Below, piece after piece: positions 61,500 to 62,000 of a stretch of 62,000 nt of DNA. Source of the stretch: Vicugna vicugna (Eukaryota); assembly GCA_013265495.1 (NCBI GenBank), contig MU058384.1:4201239-4263238 (forward strand), written 5' to 3'. A model generated the notes under the pieces. The model was not told the DNA's origin and made no database searches. It was given only the letters and a program-made list of their open reading frames with translations. Position 1 is the first letter of the stretch. Each line of letters opens with the position of its first letter. The position numbers and the translations under genes are program-made.

Positions 61500-62000
61500 T
61501 CTAGCTCCCTTTCATCCGTCCAACTGGTTATCAGACCCTGAACATTTTACCTCCAAATATTTACTGAAATCATATCATTGGGCACTTTCTAGATCTTCAG
61601 TACTCCCTTAGTTTAAGCATTAATTTCTCGTTTGAGACACTGTAGTCACCATCTATTTTGTCTCATTCTCTCTCTCTCCCTTCTCATGTGTGTCCTCCCT
61701 TATTCCATCCCCTACAAACACACCACATTAATCTCTCTGATATTACGAGCCTCTCTTTTCATTGCCATGTTTAAAACCTTTCAATGGCTTTATATCATGA
61801 AATACAGGGCCTCTCACCCCCTGACCCTGCCTTATTCTCCAGCCTTATTTCCTGCCTGACTTACTGTACCAATCTCACCAATTTACTTGCCTTCTGCAAA
61901 TATTGTGCCCTTCTCCCCTTTCTCTGTGCAGGGATATTCCTGCCTACCTTTACTGTTTGGCTAATTCATAGCTATCCTCTAAGACTCAGCTCAAGCATCC
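61500..62000 (+). mobile_element. L2 fragment running off the window
   Basis: ttttacctccaaatat...tgtttaaaacctttcaatggctt...ggctaattc...aagactcagctcaagcatc. Confidence 0.7.

Larger units (their letters stand above)
1..62000 (-). other. PDE7B: PDE7B gene body (partial): introns 1-1206 (partial), 1271-3286, 3439-35108 (31.7 kb) and 35193-62000 (partial)
   Basis: Three collinear, frame-compatible exons. The upstream exons (MSCLMVERC...) and the next downstream exon (NSLVTLLCH...) were not found, so the gene extends past both ends. Confidence 0.93.

Noticed and set aside
1..62000. Prokaryote-type systems (CRISPR array, operon, prophage) or a NUMT
   Set aside because: No regularly spaced repeats, gene-dense segment or mitochondrial-like sequence seen; the window is mammalian intron throughout.

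Overview
Mammalian, repeat-rich, AT-rich genomic DNA, most likely from a camelid (camel, alpaca or llama), judged from five vic-1-type tRNA-derived SINEs. The whole window lies inside PDE7B (cAMP-specific phosphodiesterase 7B) on the minus strand. Three coding exons were read directly: 35109-35192 (84 nt), 3287-3438 (152 nt) and 1207-1270 (64 nt). All have GT-AG boundaries and splice in frame; they correspond to human exons 3-5 (numbering from memory). The rest is intron filled with L1, L2, MIR, hAT DNA-transposon and LTR remnants. None of the listed long ORFs looks like a real gene, apart from decayed L1 ORF2 and ERVL gag pieces. I found no convincing new multi-gene system. The best leads are: (i) an apparent single chimeric MaLR/ERVL insertion ending in a fold-back LTR hairpin; (ii) a 112-bp near-identical direct duplication around about 0.9 kb of unique DNA; (iii) two candidate alternative first exons of PDE7B, one downstream of a full CRE; (iv) inverted SINE and L1 pairs that could form dsRNA in the pre-mRNA; (v) a Tyr-to-Phe difference next to the PKA site. 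Repeat family names come from remembered consensus sequences, not a database search, and boundaries of old repeats are approximate.
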